Shown: piece after piece, positions 49,707-62,600 of the stretch
How positions within the stretch are numbered: position 1 is the stretch's first letter
Layout of the letters: each line of letters begins with the position of its first letter
Source of the DNA: Styela clava
Lineage: Eukaryota
Direction: 5' to 3'
NCBI RefSeq assembly: GCF_964204865.1
Contig: NC_135258.1
Span: forward strand, 10,230,001-10,294,000
DNA length: 64,000 bases
The notes under the pieces: model-generated
The model's database searches: none
What the model was told of the DNA's origin: nothing
The model's input: the letters and a program-made list of their open reading frames with translations, nothing else
Program-made: the position numbers and the translations under genes

Positions 49707-50887
49707 ATAGGTGTTGGTGAAGTTTCAACAACAACAAATTTTGCTCAGAAAGTTCTGCTTTTAGACTTCCAAAGACAGAAAACTGCCAAAGTGATCATCT
49801 TGAATGTATTTTATGAAATGCTTACACGCGATGATGCTTTCAAAACTATTTGTACATAAAACGCTAGGCTGCGCCTTGTACATAAACATGCCAAGTTCTT
49901 AGGCCAAAAAACTTTATTCTCGACTATTGTGATTTAGAAAATGTATTTTATTCTATACTGTGAAGGATAAACTATAAAGGGAATACGACTTCTTGGCGAT
50001 GCTATAGTCAGTTCGCATGAAATGTTCGCTTTAGTGACTCCAAAGTCCTCTTATCGAGAATTTTGCACTAATATGAGAGGTATATCCAACTTTCCGGAGA
50101 TAGTGAAAAAACAGCGAATTATTAAAGAAGTTTATGAAAAATCAATTTTGTCAATAACACCAGTCTTGTGAATGGGTAACAAAATATTATCAGGTTGCCA
50201 TATGCAAGCGTCCTTAAAGATAGCCATTAGGATTTCTTATTAATGCTATCGTGTCTCAGTGGTGTTTTCATATTTTGCTATAATTTGCTTGCTTATTTTA
50301 AGATTCTATCAAAAATAAAATTGAAGAAATATTAAATTCTTAACACACTGAACAATTGAATATAATCATTATTATTTAATGTTTGATCGAGAGCGTATTT
50401 TTGTTAGTTTAGTTTGTTAGTCCATCGATCGATTGTATAATTTTGTCTGATAAATAAATAATGGTTCCGAATTGATTCATTGTAAACGTAATTTTACTAA
50501 TTGTAAAAAAATGTTCTGTAAAAAAATTATTGAATAAAATATCGTGAAAATTGTGTGTTTGGTCAGTATGTACATTGTAGATCAGTTTTTCTCCATCGAA
50601 TACAATACTAAAACGACCCTACAAAAGCTAGCGAGATATTAGGAGGATGATCTTTGAAGATTCATTCTGTTATATCGTTCCTGTGATCAGCTCAGGGGTT
50701 TCTTCGACTCCACCGCATTTCAATTATTGGGCATATTCAGGCCTGACAGCATTTTTTCATCAAAAAGGATTGTGCTCCCACAGACGAATATTCCTACGAA
50801 AAGGTTGAACATTATTAGGATAGGGTTTTCATATTTATCTCGGGGGAGGGGGCTATGGGTAGCGAGCCGAGATTACATAGTCTACCG

Positions 50888-51368
50888 CATGGGTCAGCAA
50901 CCTTTTGTCGCTCGCGGGCCAAAAATAAGGGTTGCAAGTCATGGGCGGGCCGCACATATTTTTAGAAAGTTGTAAACCGAACGTATGATACTTTTTATAA
51001 TAAAAATCGAGCAGTGATACATCTCTCGAACAGAATATAGATTTATTTCCTCATTGCATTGTATTTCAAAAATTCCATTTGAATATTTTCGGCGCCATTG
51101 AACCCTTTGCACTTAGCCTTAACTTTTCTGCGTTTTGTTGCCATTTGTCTAATTATAATTGAATTATAGGCTCATTAAACGAGTAATTGTGTATTTTATA
51201 CTTGTTAGATTATAATTCAGTCTACACGTGTCTCACAATACTGTTACGTAAAGAATTTAATCGTCAAAACAGCTGTTTTGTTACTATAATTTAGTGAAGC
51301 GTCGCGGGCCGGATTATATCACTCTGCGGGCCGGATCTGGCCCGCGGGCCTTAGGTTGCCGACCCCTG
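50888..51368. mobile_element. hAT MITE
   Basis: TIR CATGGGTCAGCAACC / GGTTGCCGACCCCTG; TSD GTCTACC(G/A); GCGGGCC subterminal motifs. Confidence 0.88.
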
Positions 51369-51644
51369 GTCTACCATATGGCGTTACACAACTTTCCGTC
51401 CAGTTACCAGGCCATGTCGCGTATGGGTTATATGTTTCGGATGCGTCTATTCCCCCTTACATTTTTAACGTATGTTTTTTTGGGGGGGGATCGGTTTAGT
51501 GGCATTGGCGTTAAGACATAAACTCGCACATCCTTTTTAATCATATTTTGCTCTTATTTGCGAGCGATTCACTATAAACCCGACGTTTTTCCCTCCCTTC
51601 AAACGAATCAACTGAGATAGATTGCGTGGTTGTATAGCTTAGAT

Positions 51645-53030
51645 CATAGGTTCTCAAAGTGCTCCGTACGGAGCCCCAGGGCTCCGCGAGAGAAACCCAG
51701 GGGCTCCGCGAGCTATTCGATTACTTTTCAAAATACTGACCAATTTTGTAATTGTTCAAAGAAGCAATAACAGCTTTGATAAAATCTAACACTAATATAG
51801 CCTCGAAATATGGCAAAGAGACGGAGTTAAAAAATGACATTATCTGTAAGCAGCCAGGATTCTTAAGAGGGAGGTGGTTCAATTTCCGCGCAACATTCGC
51901 GATTAAAAAACGGATGAGGAGATTTCTGTTGCGTAAAATATTCAATCCATGACCGATGCGAGCATTTAAAGTGTCTCGTCGTTATAATGTACTTGTGCTC
52001 ATCTTTACTCAACTTTGATTCGAGATTACTATTAGGATTACTAAAATGAAAGAATACTATTCTAATAACATAAAATATGTGATAAACTGCCAACTGTAAA
52101 TAAATTGGAGTCGTATATTTGCGATCTTGGGATTTGTCAAACTTGATTTGTTCTTCCGCACTTAAGATTATTATTAAGCAAGATATCGCCGTTCAAAAAT
52201 ACGAACAATTGAAATTTATTTTATTGCATTCGGCTCCGTCGGTAGTTTCAGAATGAAAAAAGGTACATCGCACGCACAATTGACGATTTCGCAGTTACTA
52301 CGATGAAAATTTAACATAACAGCAAATTTTGTGATTTACTATGTCTATAAAAGCGTTTTCAATCTGAGGTGAGTCTGCTGAAACCAAACATGTGATCTTC
52401 CATTTTAAGTTTTAATATTTTGGAATGCCGCTTTTTAATCAAGAAATTTGAGTTGCGGATCTACCTCTTCATTAATTATTATTTTCAGCAGTTCGTTGCC
52501 GATGACTATAAAATGGTAACATATTTTTCACATTGAACTCATAATTCCCCACGAGAACAAAAAAGCAATTAACGTCGTCCGTCATTGTGTAACAATACAT
52601 TTATATATATGCCGAGGGAAATTTTTTTTTAGGGAGAATAAACACCGGCGTAAAGATTGTAGGTTCAAATACACGCCGCCATGCTGAGGAAAAAATCGGC
52701 GATTGTAACAAAATGCAATCGCGCACATTATTAGCGGCCTTTTAAGTCTTCCAAAAATGTCAAAAGATTCGAACCCGAATTTATTAGTATGTTTGTCAAG
52801 TGTCAAATTTACTGCTTTAGTATATATAATTTATGTTTGAAATTTAGATATATTTATGACTTGTATTAACTCTATTAAAAAAGGTTCAGCATTGGAATTG
52901 AGTAAAGTACTTTTAACTTGCTCAAGAATATTAATCTGAAAGTAACAATTTTAACATTTAATTTGGGGCTCCGTGAATAATAGTCCACAATTCCAAGGGC
53001 TCCGCGACACCAAAAGTTTGAGAACCCCTG
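51645..53030. mobile_element. Non-autonomous hAT transposon (1386 bp)
   Basis: TIR CATAGGTTCTCAAA / TTTGAGAACCCCTG; TSD GCTTAGAT on both sides; GGGCTCCG subterminal repeats. Confidence 0.9.
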
Positions 53031-53497
53031 GCTTAGATAACTATTCGAGAACGAAGTAAATCTGTGGAGAACTTTTATAAGATATATACTGCTACCTTTC
53101 GATATCAGTGGCTTCTTGTACCTTGGCTCGCCCGGAGTAAAAGGCGTCGTATTAAAAAAAGCCCCCTTCCCCTCTCCATTTCGGGCTAGCTATACGTTCT
53201 TGATCAGAGGTGCGATGGCAATCGTGTTCCTCACGCTGATCACTGTTCTCGCACTCATATTTAGGTTATGTCATGTTCTTCATACGAAACACCTTTCTTT
53301 AGGAAATCAAATTCGTGTATAATAGTGACAAATGCAACATGAACTCGGCAGTTGGCACATTGTGTCACGTAACGCTGGCCTATTAAGGCATCCTCCACCA
53401 TGTCAAGTTCAGGCGACTGCAACAAATACATGGAAAACTATTCCCATACACGACATGAACGTCCCCCCTCCCCGCGCTAAATAAGAAACCTCTATTT

Positions 53498-53690
53498 TAG
53501 TGGTTCCCAATTGGGGGCCCTCGGTCACCTGAGGGGGCCACCAAGCAGTTGGAGGGGGGCCACAATGCTAGACACAAAACTAATTTTACTTTACAAGAAA
53601 ACTTACCATTCTTCCTAGTTTATTGCTTGATAAGGTAATTACCTCTGGAATGATACACATGGGGCCATGAAAGAAGGTTGGGAACCACTG
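53498..53690. mobile_element. Small hAT MITE
   Basis: TIR TAGTGGTTCCCAA / TTGGGAACCACTG; GGGGCC repeats; TSD degenerate. Confidence 0.7.
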
Positions 53691-54239
53691 TCCTATTATA
53701 TCTTGGTAAAAACTATATAAATTAGCGTCCATCTCTCCCATAAATATCAATTACAGAAGTTTATAACAAGTGCCTTCAGTAAAAGGTGTCATCATAAAAC
53801 TGCCAGCTATGGAAACTCTTTTACATGGTAATTTGCACCATACATAACGTAGTACATCTAATCATGCTATGTCAAATAAACATAGGTCTTCTCGTTTTCA
53901 GCTGTGTATTGATTTAAAGAGTAAATTTCCCAACCAGATACTTGAGTCACTGTGGCACCAATAGGTTCTCGTACTTATCCTCATCGGCCACAATGATGGC
54001 AATAATGAAGCAAAGAATTCCAAACAATGAAAGTTTATGATCTGTTGTACAACGCTTATGCAAGAGTAAAATATATGTCTAAGACACTGCACATAATAAC
54101 AGGCTTGCAACATAAGCATCAGCAACAACAACAAAGCAATATGACCCGTGACAGCGATATGCCATTATGCATATGATCATTCATGAAAAAAAGAAGTTAA
54201 ACAAAATCTTCATTCTTGTTTATTAACAGTACAAAATCT

Positions 54240-57200
54240 TCATTCTTGTTTAATAGTAACATCTTTCTCTGTTTTAATATTGCGCAATTTGGGTTTGAAA
54301 AAAGAATCCAATTTCACTTGATTTTTGTTGTTCTTCTTTGCAATCGCAGGCTTCTGACATTTTTTGCTATTGTTCGGTTCACAAATTTTGAGAATTTTAT
54401 GCATAGCAGAGGACATAGCACAACTTGCCAAATCAAATTTTAAAACCCATTTCCAATTCTCCGCGACTTGCTTTGAAATGTCTGAGTGAGTCTTGTTCTC
54501 ATCTGGAGATACAATAATATGTTCCACAATATACCTCAGATGTATATGTGAAAATACATGCGTTAGTTCACCAACATGTGATCTAGACTTGATCACAAGT
54601 CCTGACAAATATTTTTCTAACATACCATCTGTGTTTTCAGATATATAATTTATTGTGTGTTTTGTTGGGTGTGTCCCTTTCTCAGAAAAGTGTTTCTTGA
54701 AACTTTTATGTGCTACTTGTTCAGCATTTAAAGTTAGGGTAGGGAATTCCCACAGTTTGGCTAAAAGTCCAGTGTCCGGCCTTTGAGTAACCAACATTTT
54801 GGATTCATTATCAACATGTTTTAATTCAACCACGCTTAATAAGGCAATGTCTTGTCTTGGCGGCTTTTTATCTGCTTTTCTAGGGTAATTCATGACCCCA
54901 AGCGCTGGAAGCCATGGCTTATCAACTGGAAATTTTAAAAAAGATATCGTACAAGATTCTATATCCTCAACATTTTTACTTTTCAACTCTTCAATCTCAA
55001 CTTTTACTCGTTTTGGTGTTTTTGAGTTGTCACCATCTGCTGATGCTTTCCTTTTGTTTTTGTTGTTGTTTTTACCTAACAGTAAGTTTGATACAGAAAT
55101 TGTATTTGTTTTCTTATAATTTTCAACTTCCTTATAACCTTTACAAACACTTCGTAGAGGACATCGCGAGCATACAGGATTTTTTGGCATGCAGACCAAA
55201 GCTCCCAATTCCATCATTGCCTGTCAAATTAATAAATGAAATTTCGCATGTGGCATGTAGTTATGTAAAAAAACAGTTGGATACAATTTCTGATTGAGCT
55301 GACAGAATAAGGATGACAGATGAAAAACTTCTACAGAAAATAAAGACATTTCTCACCATTTCCAGAGAGGGCGAAGAGCCAAGTCAGAATAAAAGTTTTA
55401 TTAATTTTTCTTTTCAAATTTATAGCAAGTGGAAATTTAATGAACATGATTCAAAGTTCTGTAGGATACAACCTACGGGTAAATGCTTGATTAAAATATA
55501 TTGGGCATTTGGATTTAAATTTTTGCAATAGCAAAATATAAGTCTATAAACAAAAAAAGTGCAGATAAAATGAGCAAGTTTATTGACTGGAGAAGTTTCA
55601 ATAATATAATGTTAACTAAAAGAGCAATTTTTGATAGAGATCCACTGGTCCTATGATTGGTCAGTCATATCATATTATTTATATTTAATAAAATACCCAT
55701 ATTACATCTACCTGGTTAAAATCTCCAGGCTGATCAGATGGAATGCTTTTGTCGACTTGATCCCATAAATGATCAGTAACATTTTTTGAAGACACATCAC
55801 CTCCAATAGTAAGAAGACGACTTATAACACGAATCACATTTCCATCCAGAACTCCAACTGATTCGTTGAAAGCTATTGAAGCGATTGCAGCAGCTGTATA
55901 TCTGGTGTATTTTGATGAAAATATTTTTTTTATATTATTTTAAGTAGTTTTTACATTTAACTCCTAACAAGATTCTAGACAGTAGACATGCAGACGCGGA
56001 TACCTTAGGAACTTCAATTTTAGGAAGGATCAGAACCAATTTGGCATTGCTTAAATAATTATTACAACCTGGATAAGGTGTTCCTTAAACACACACACAA
56101 TTGTGATACAACCATTCCCCTTTTTAGGATCAATATCACCAACAAGAAATATGCAGTATCATAACAGGAGTGCGCAAAAACATTACTCATTATCATTGGT
56201 CTAGGTCAGGGGTTCGACAACTTTCAAGAGTCCAGTGCGACCCCAGGTCAATATATATATTTTTCATGAATCTTTAGAGCTTTTTTCACTGGACTTTTGA
56301 TGCTTACGGCCCTGTTTTACAGTAAGCCATGGTACAAACTGCTAAATTTAACATGGTTTGTCAAATCTTAGATGATATGTACATCCATCCTCTATCATAC
56401 CTCAGTGACCCGACCGACCCCATGACCTGTTTGCGACCCTACCTACTCATCACTCCGACCCAATTTGGGGTCGAGACCCCTGGTCTAGGTTCTTGTTTTA
56501 CCTCAAAGTTAAGTAGAAAATGACTATTTTGGGGTACAAATACATTTAAAAAAAATTGAACAGTCTTTCGTCCTTTTCAGTTATTAGACATGTTTTCAAA
56601 AATGATATGAAAAACATCTATTCGATTCAAATTGAGTTAGAATTGAATTAGCACACTGTCAGTGCAAATATGAACATTCGTGTTTCCAAACAAATATCCC
56701 AACAATTTATGTTTATCGATTGAAAAGCACTCATTCATGAACCAGTTTGTTTACTCACCTACCAACTCCTGGAATAAGCTTCATCAAATTAGTCGCGTTC
56801 TCAGGTATTTGTCCATTTAAATCTTTTACAACTTTACAGGCTCCTTCATGCAATCTCCTTGCTCTTGAATAATAACCCAGGCCAGCCCACACTTGATTTA
56901 CTTCCTCCATATTTGCTTTGGCCAAATCGTGAACAGTCGGCCATTTTAACATCCACCTTTCAATACAAAAAACAAACTTTGTGTTATGTGTGGAAACAAA
57001 GGATTTGTGTGAACTTGCAGTACATGTTCATTAAAAATTTAATCCAATGGGCCAGTAAGTCCTATTTTGAAATTATCATTCACCCCACCTATGCATGAAA
57101 AGCCTGTTTCCATTTGTTGTTTAATTTTAAGGTATCATACTATCATCAGCTACTGCACTGTTTGAATGGTCTATAATTGGCCAATATATATATTACAATA

Positions 57201-57715
57201 AGAATGAATAATATCACACAAAAACACAGTGAAATTTCCTCTCCAGTTAGGACATCCCGTATTAGTACATACATCATTTAATATCTACATTATAACAAAT
57301 GGAATTCATGACTACCATCTATTCTACCCCAATTGGAATTGAAACTGACTTTACAAGAGTGAAGTATGTACTCATAAAAATCTGATTTAGTTTAAATGTT
57401 TCGAAGATTTCTTTATAGTCTGACATACTGTTGCATTCATTAAGTTGATTTTTTGGCTTTATTTAGAAAGCGATTCTCTCAAATTGCAATCTAAGTTGCT
57501 CACTTCTTATAGTAATCAATCACTGTGGTCACTCTGGTTTGTTGGAGCATGATCTCAGAAACCCAAACAGCATAAGCATGTTGTTGTTTATTATCAGTCA
57601 ATGCTGCTCTTCTCCAGGGCAGGTCGCGTTTGTTTTGTCTATACCAATCCAAAAGCTCATTTTGTATCAATGAAATATTTTCTTCATCAAATGTGTGAGG
57701 ATTATTGCTTTTCAT
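54240..57715 (-). CDS. MUTYH: Adenine DNA glycosylase MUTYH; exons 57715-57504, 56956-56759, 55901-55712, 55220-54240 (526 aa)
   Basis: [30 protein letters not shown], Hh[34 protein letters not shown], Fe-S loop CX6CX2CX5C, NUDIX-like [10 protein letters not shown] and HVFSH, C-terminal PIP box QVKLDSFF. Confidence 0.96.
56207..56482. mobile_element. hAT MITE in MUTYH intron 2
   Basis: TIR CAGGGGTTCGAC / GTCGAGACCCCTG; TSD GTCTAGGT on both sides. Confidence 0.88.
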
Positions 57716-58715
57716 ATTACCGGTACTAACTAATGTAGACTTGAAAGATTACATAATTCAATTAATAAAGTGCAGCGATTTTCGTTTACAGTCATCACAG
57801 ATAGTACTGAATGTATAATCAAAATATCTTCATGCTTGTACAGCGCCTTGCTCTGAGCAGACGGCATATATATAGGTGGTTGCATGTACAAAACCTTGCT
57901 CGAGTGAAAGGCATGGATAAGCGTCATATAAATCATAAAATACTATGTCAAATGAAGTTAATGAGAAGATTTCAAAACACTTTTACGCAGGCGTTGCATA
58001 TAAGGAAAAAATAGTTGACAAAGTAGCAGCTAAACAGTTATTATTTACTAGTATTGTTTAAATAAAAATGCAAAAAAAATGTTTCGGGTTGAAGTCCCTA
58101 AACTCAAAGTTACCAAGCCACAGCTAATGAAAGGCTCAAGTCAAGTCAATTACTGAGCTGAGTCTTGTCTGCGGTAATTTAATACGAGTCCAAGTCACTT
58201 TATCCGGATACCCAGAGACACAACACAACAAGTTTTTGATAAATGGTGAATAGAGTCAAAATTGACTCTAGTCTCTAACATTCCCAAAACTGCAAAGAAA
58301 TAAGATGAGGAATTATTATCATTTATTACATAATATGAACACCTTTATCAATAAACAATAAAATATATGACGGTCAACGAGGATTAATATTGAGAAAATT
58401 TTAACAATTCAATTGCATGAGAATACAAATGCAGTGATAATAAAGATTATATGCATAATTTTACAGTGAGTTAAACATAATTATGTGGTCACGACAGTGT
58501 TGATAGAAGCACACATACATGCAATAATGTACCAGTAAAAAATTGGGTACCGTACATGGATTGCACAATAAAAAATAATCAGAAGAATGATATTGAATTT
58601 AACAATAATATAAAATCCAATAATAGATAAATTGAAAAAATAGACTTGGCTGTGAGCAGTTTTTAAAAGTAATTTCTTGAGTTGCCTCGAACCAAGCTAC
58701 TGGTACTTAGTATAA

Positions 58716-59654
58716 TTAAATTACATACTGAAACTCAATATCAACATCTTTCATAGCAATTTTAAGATGATCATCCATTATTTCAGATTGGGAAACAGTG
58801 AAATGATTCTTCCAATCACCAACATCGCCTTTACGATAAAACATTTTTTCTTCACCTTCATTAGATTTCCTCATATAGGTGATTGAACAGCGTTTAACGA
58901 TTTCAGCAATTTCTGTTTCATTTCTTTCAACTTCTAAAAAATCACAGATTGACTTGACAACAACATGGAAATCCTTTTTCATGTCTTCATATGAGAGGAA
59001 TTTCACACAATTTTCATTCTTGTGTTTCAGCCAACTTTTGATATGATAGGGGTACCATTCACCTTCAGGAACATGCGTCCACATTTCCCCATTTATCAAC
59101 TGTTTGTAGAATTTATCGAAATTGTCTGTTCGAAGATGAGCAAGCTCCGGAGGTGATGGATATGACGACTTGAAATGAAAATATGATGTTACCATATCTT
59201 TTGGGTTTCGATATAAATAAATGACTCTTGCATCATTTTTGACAATTTTCTCGAAATTAACCAACTCTTCCGGTAAGTGGGTGGTAAATATACGAGGACG
59301 AGTAAAGTGATCCATGACTTCAAACTTGGCTTTTGGCCCATGATCTAAATAAATGGGTTTAGAAAGAAATCCTCCACTCTTTGGACTAAGAAAATTCAAC
59401 CAATTCGAATCTCTGATAAAATAAATCTGCTTTATAACTTCATACATCCAGTGTGTTCCACATTTAGGATAAGTCACAATAAAGACATCACCTTTACGTG
59501 GTTCCCAATTTCTGTATGCATATTTTGCTGCATCCATAGAAAAAGCCGCAATTCCACGAATATTCTTCCATGTTTGTGGTTTGAGTTTCCAATTATTCAT
59601 AAACTGATTGACTTCATCAATTTTTGTTTTGATATCATCAGGAAAGGAATCCAT
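58716..59654 (-). CDS. Cytosolic sulfotransferase (SULT family), intronless CDS, 312 aa
   Basis: 5'-PSB TYPKCGT, catalytic His in THLP, 3'-PB RNPKDMVTSY, RKGDVGDWK, dimerisation motif KNHFTVSQSE (KxxxTVxxxE). An acceptor CTTCAG lies just before G-ATG, and a candidate 5'UTR donor CAG|GTAAG lies at ~60290. Confidence 0.95.
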   Translation of the reverse strand: MDSFPDDIKTKIDEVNQFMNNWKLKPQTWKNIRGIAAFSMDAAKYAYRNWEPRKGDVFIVTYPKCGTHWMYEVIKQIYFIRDSNWLNFLSPKSGGFLSKPIYLDHGPKAKFEVMDHFTRPRIFTTHLPEELVNFEKIVKNDARVIYLYRNPKDMVTSYFHFKSSYPSPPELAHLRTDNFDKFYKQLINGEMWTHVPEGEWYPYHIKSWLKHKNENCVKFLSYEDMKKDFHVVVKSICDFLEVERNETEIAEIVKRCSITYMRKSNEGEEKMFYRKGDVGDWKNHFTVSQSEIMDDHLKIAMKDVDIEFQYVI

Positions 59655-62600
59655 CCTGAAGATTTATCATGACACAGGACTGGACGCCAAAAAAGTTTTT
59701 GTGATATATTATTATTACTGTATTATATTACTACAATAAATCAAATTCCCACTGCAGAATAATTTTAAGTTCTTCTCGTTACTGCGTTATGTAACTGATG
59801 CAATAAAATGTTGTATAAATGTGAAAAACAGAAAGTTAAACAAAGTTCCCCCAAAAATTGAAATTTGAACATGATTGGCCTTGGGGTCTCAAAACCATTT
59901 TGGGTATTGATTGATACTCTCAACCTCTTTTCAATCAAAAAGAAAAAGAAATGGAAAAAAAAAACATGATCAGTATTCTAACAAAATACTTGAATAAAAC
60001 GTAATAATGTATATTTCACAAAATTTGTTAAACTGACCCAAATTCGAACAAGATCCTCCTTTCAAAAAATATATTGGGTATGAATGGATGGTTTCAACGT
60101 CTTCCCAATCAAATAAATTGGAAAAACTCAACCAGTCTTCTAACAAAATACTTTTTTACAATGTAATAATGTGAATTTAACAAAATTCAGAAGAATCATT
60201 AAATTGACCCAAAATTTGAACAAGATGAAAAAACTCAATCAGTTTTCTAGCAAAATACTTTTAACTGCAGAATCCTTGTTTTGTCTTACCTGAAAGTAAA
60301 TCGGATAATCATAATTTAAACTAAATTTGGTATTAAATTTAGAAGCTCATACATTTGCCCACTAGCCTACTGTCAGTTGCTATAGAGGCGAGTATCGGGG
60401 GATGAGTCTGTTTATAACTTAGAATGCAATTCTCTCACTAACAACATAATCCTATTGATTCTAGAATTCATGCTGATAAGAAAACAATATTTTTAAGTGA
60501 AGTGAATCAAGCTTGAGAAAATTATGGAAGAGATTTCAGAAATAAAAATTTCAAAAAGGCGAAATCTCGATTGACATCTGTGCTTTCAGATATACATAAA
60601 GCTAAGGGAAATTCCATTCGTATGTAAAAGTAATATTGATATATATATGCCAATTTTCATCACTTCCAGGTGATTTAGCTAATTTGTTGCTGGAAGCAAA
60701 ATTTAATTGACAAGAATTGCAGTCTAAATCCTGATTATGGGATGGTTTGTTCGACATATGCCAGCGGTTTTCATCTTTCTTGCATATCCGTTATAGCCTA
60801 GTCCGTTCTCAATTCTTTATTTCGTTGCACACGTATGGTTTATCACTTCTTTGGTATCTTTCTTCACACAAATGCATCGAGCACACCTCAATTCACAACA
60901 ACTGAATTTGTAATTGCCGGAGATTCCAATAACAATCACATACAGACATCTGGACATAGGCTAGTTAGTGAGATAAAAGAATATTTGGATGAAACAAAGA
61001 AGCATAAAATATATTATGTGTTTTCTTTTTGTGGAATTTTGCTGTTTTCAACTCATATTGTGAGTCCTTGGTGTGTTAATTCACCTTCAAGTTCTTAAGT
61101 CTGTAAGTTGTAGACTAGTTAATTCCAGGGGGTTATATTGAGCAATGACCCTCCGTACGCGTCCTGCTATACGCTATATTATATAAAGGTTTTTTGAATG
61201 AACATAAATGCAATTTAATCTCATGAAATGCAGAACTGCAACGGCGCCATTTCGATAAAGCTGAGAGCGAGGTGATGTCTCGCCGCTTGTCAGATAGTTC
61301 GCCTCTCGGCTGCAAATTTTGCAGGCAAACTCACAACAAAAGCATGTCCAATGATGGGAATGGATGTTTTTCTGACCTTTATTCCCAGAGAGAGAGAGAG
61401 AGAGATTCATTATTCTTCAACCAGAAAAGCAAGCATTGCAGCAATAATAAAAATATACAACAACATACGCAGTAGAGGCAGAGAAACTCTTCTTTAGCGG
61501 GTGTTCAATCAAAATACTCCGTTTCCCGGTTTCTGACTTATTCTGTGCAACAATAGACCATACACTTCTACGGTATTTATAATTCAAGAAATCAGCAAAT
61601 TTTTCGATATACATATTTTGTTCGACGCGATAACAAACGTTGTGTACTCCGAATGTTCAGTAATGCAATTATCATTTCAGAATTTTTAGCTTGCTTTACA
61701 GCATTACACGTTAAAACTGTTTAGGTAAATTTTCAGTTCGCCAAATGGTATCCCCTAAAATAGAAAAATGTATTTCCCAGGGAATTTTGCCCCGTTCGGA
61801 AATCTCTAGTCTAATGTATCCGAGCTCACATCTATGATAGCCGTTATCTCCAATGTGCATACCATCGATGGTGTTATATCTACGATATAATACCTCTATC
61901 AGTATTTTAAGTGAGGATTGGGACAACAATCTTTTGGAAGATTGCCATGGGTATTTTAACACCGAAACATGTGAATAATTACACCCTTTTACAGTTTAAT
62001 GACGAAAATGCAAGATGCAAATGTAGCGGGTACATTAGGATAGTTACTGTGTATTTTAATATTTTCACCACGTATTGTTAAGTGCATGTTATTTGCCTGA
62101 AACAAGGTCGTTGCTCTCATTCATTTCCCATATATATGATATATTTTATCTTGCTCAGTGTTGCTTGTCTTTATCGTTTTTTGTTAGTTAGAAATTTGGT
62201 TTCATCACCTATACTTGCTTTAAGGTTTTAAAATGATTTCGTTATTTGGATCAATTCGATAGTGCAACTTTACAATATAAAAACATTTGGCATTCAAGAC
62301 ATTATGTGCTTAATTGACCTCTGAAGGAGTCTAGATTGGAGTTACACTCTGTTAACGTGTGTTCAATAACACGGGAGTGTAGACACGCAGATAGGGCCAT
62401 AGCCCCCTGTACAAGTATCGTATCGCGATGTAACTGATCGAAGTTTTGGAATTTAGATGTCCTTCTCGCGATTCGGTTCACAGATGCAAATATACGTGGG
62501 TGCAAATGCACATGGGTGCAAATTTCCGCGGGGTCAATGTAGGCCTATATGCGAATGCTTAAACTTATGGGTGGAAATGTACGGGTGCAAATGTGCTGTC

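Noticed and set aside
59890-60260. Degenerate repeats (CAGT.TTCTA.CAAAATACT x3) upstream of the SULT CDS
   Set aside because: Irregular decayed minisatellite, probably intronic; no functional evidence.
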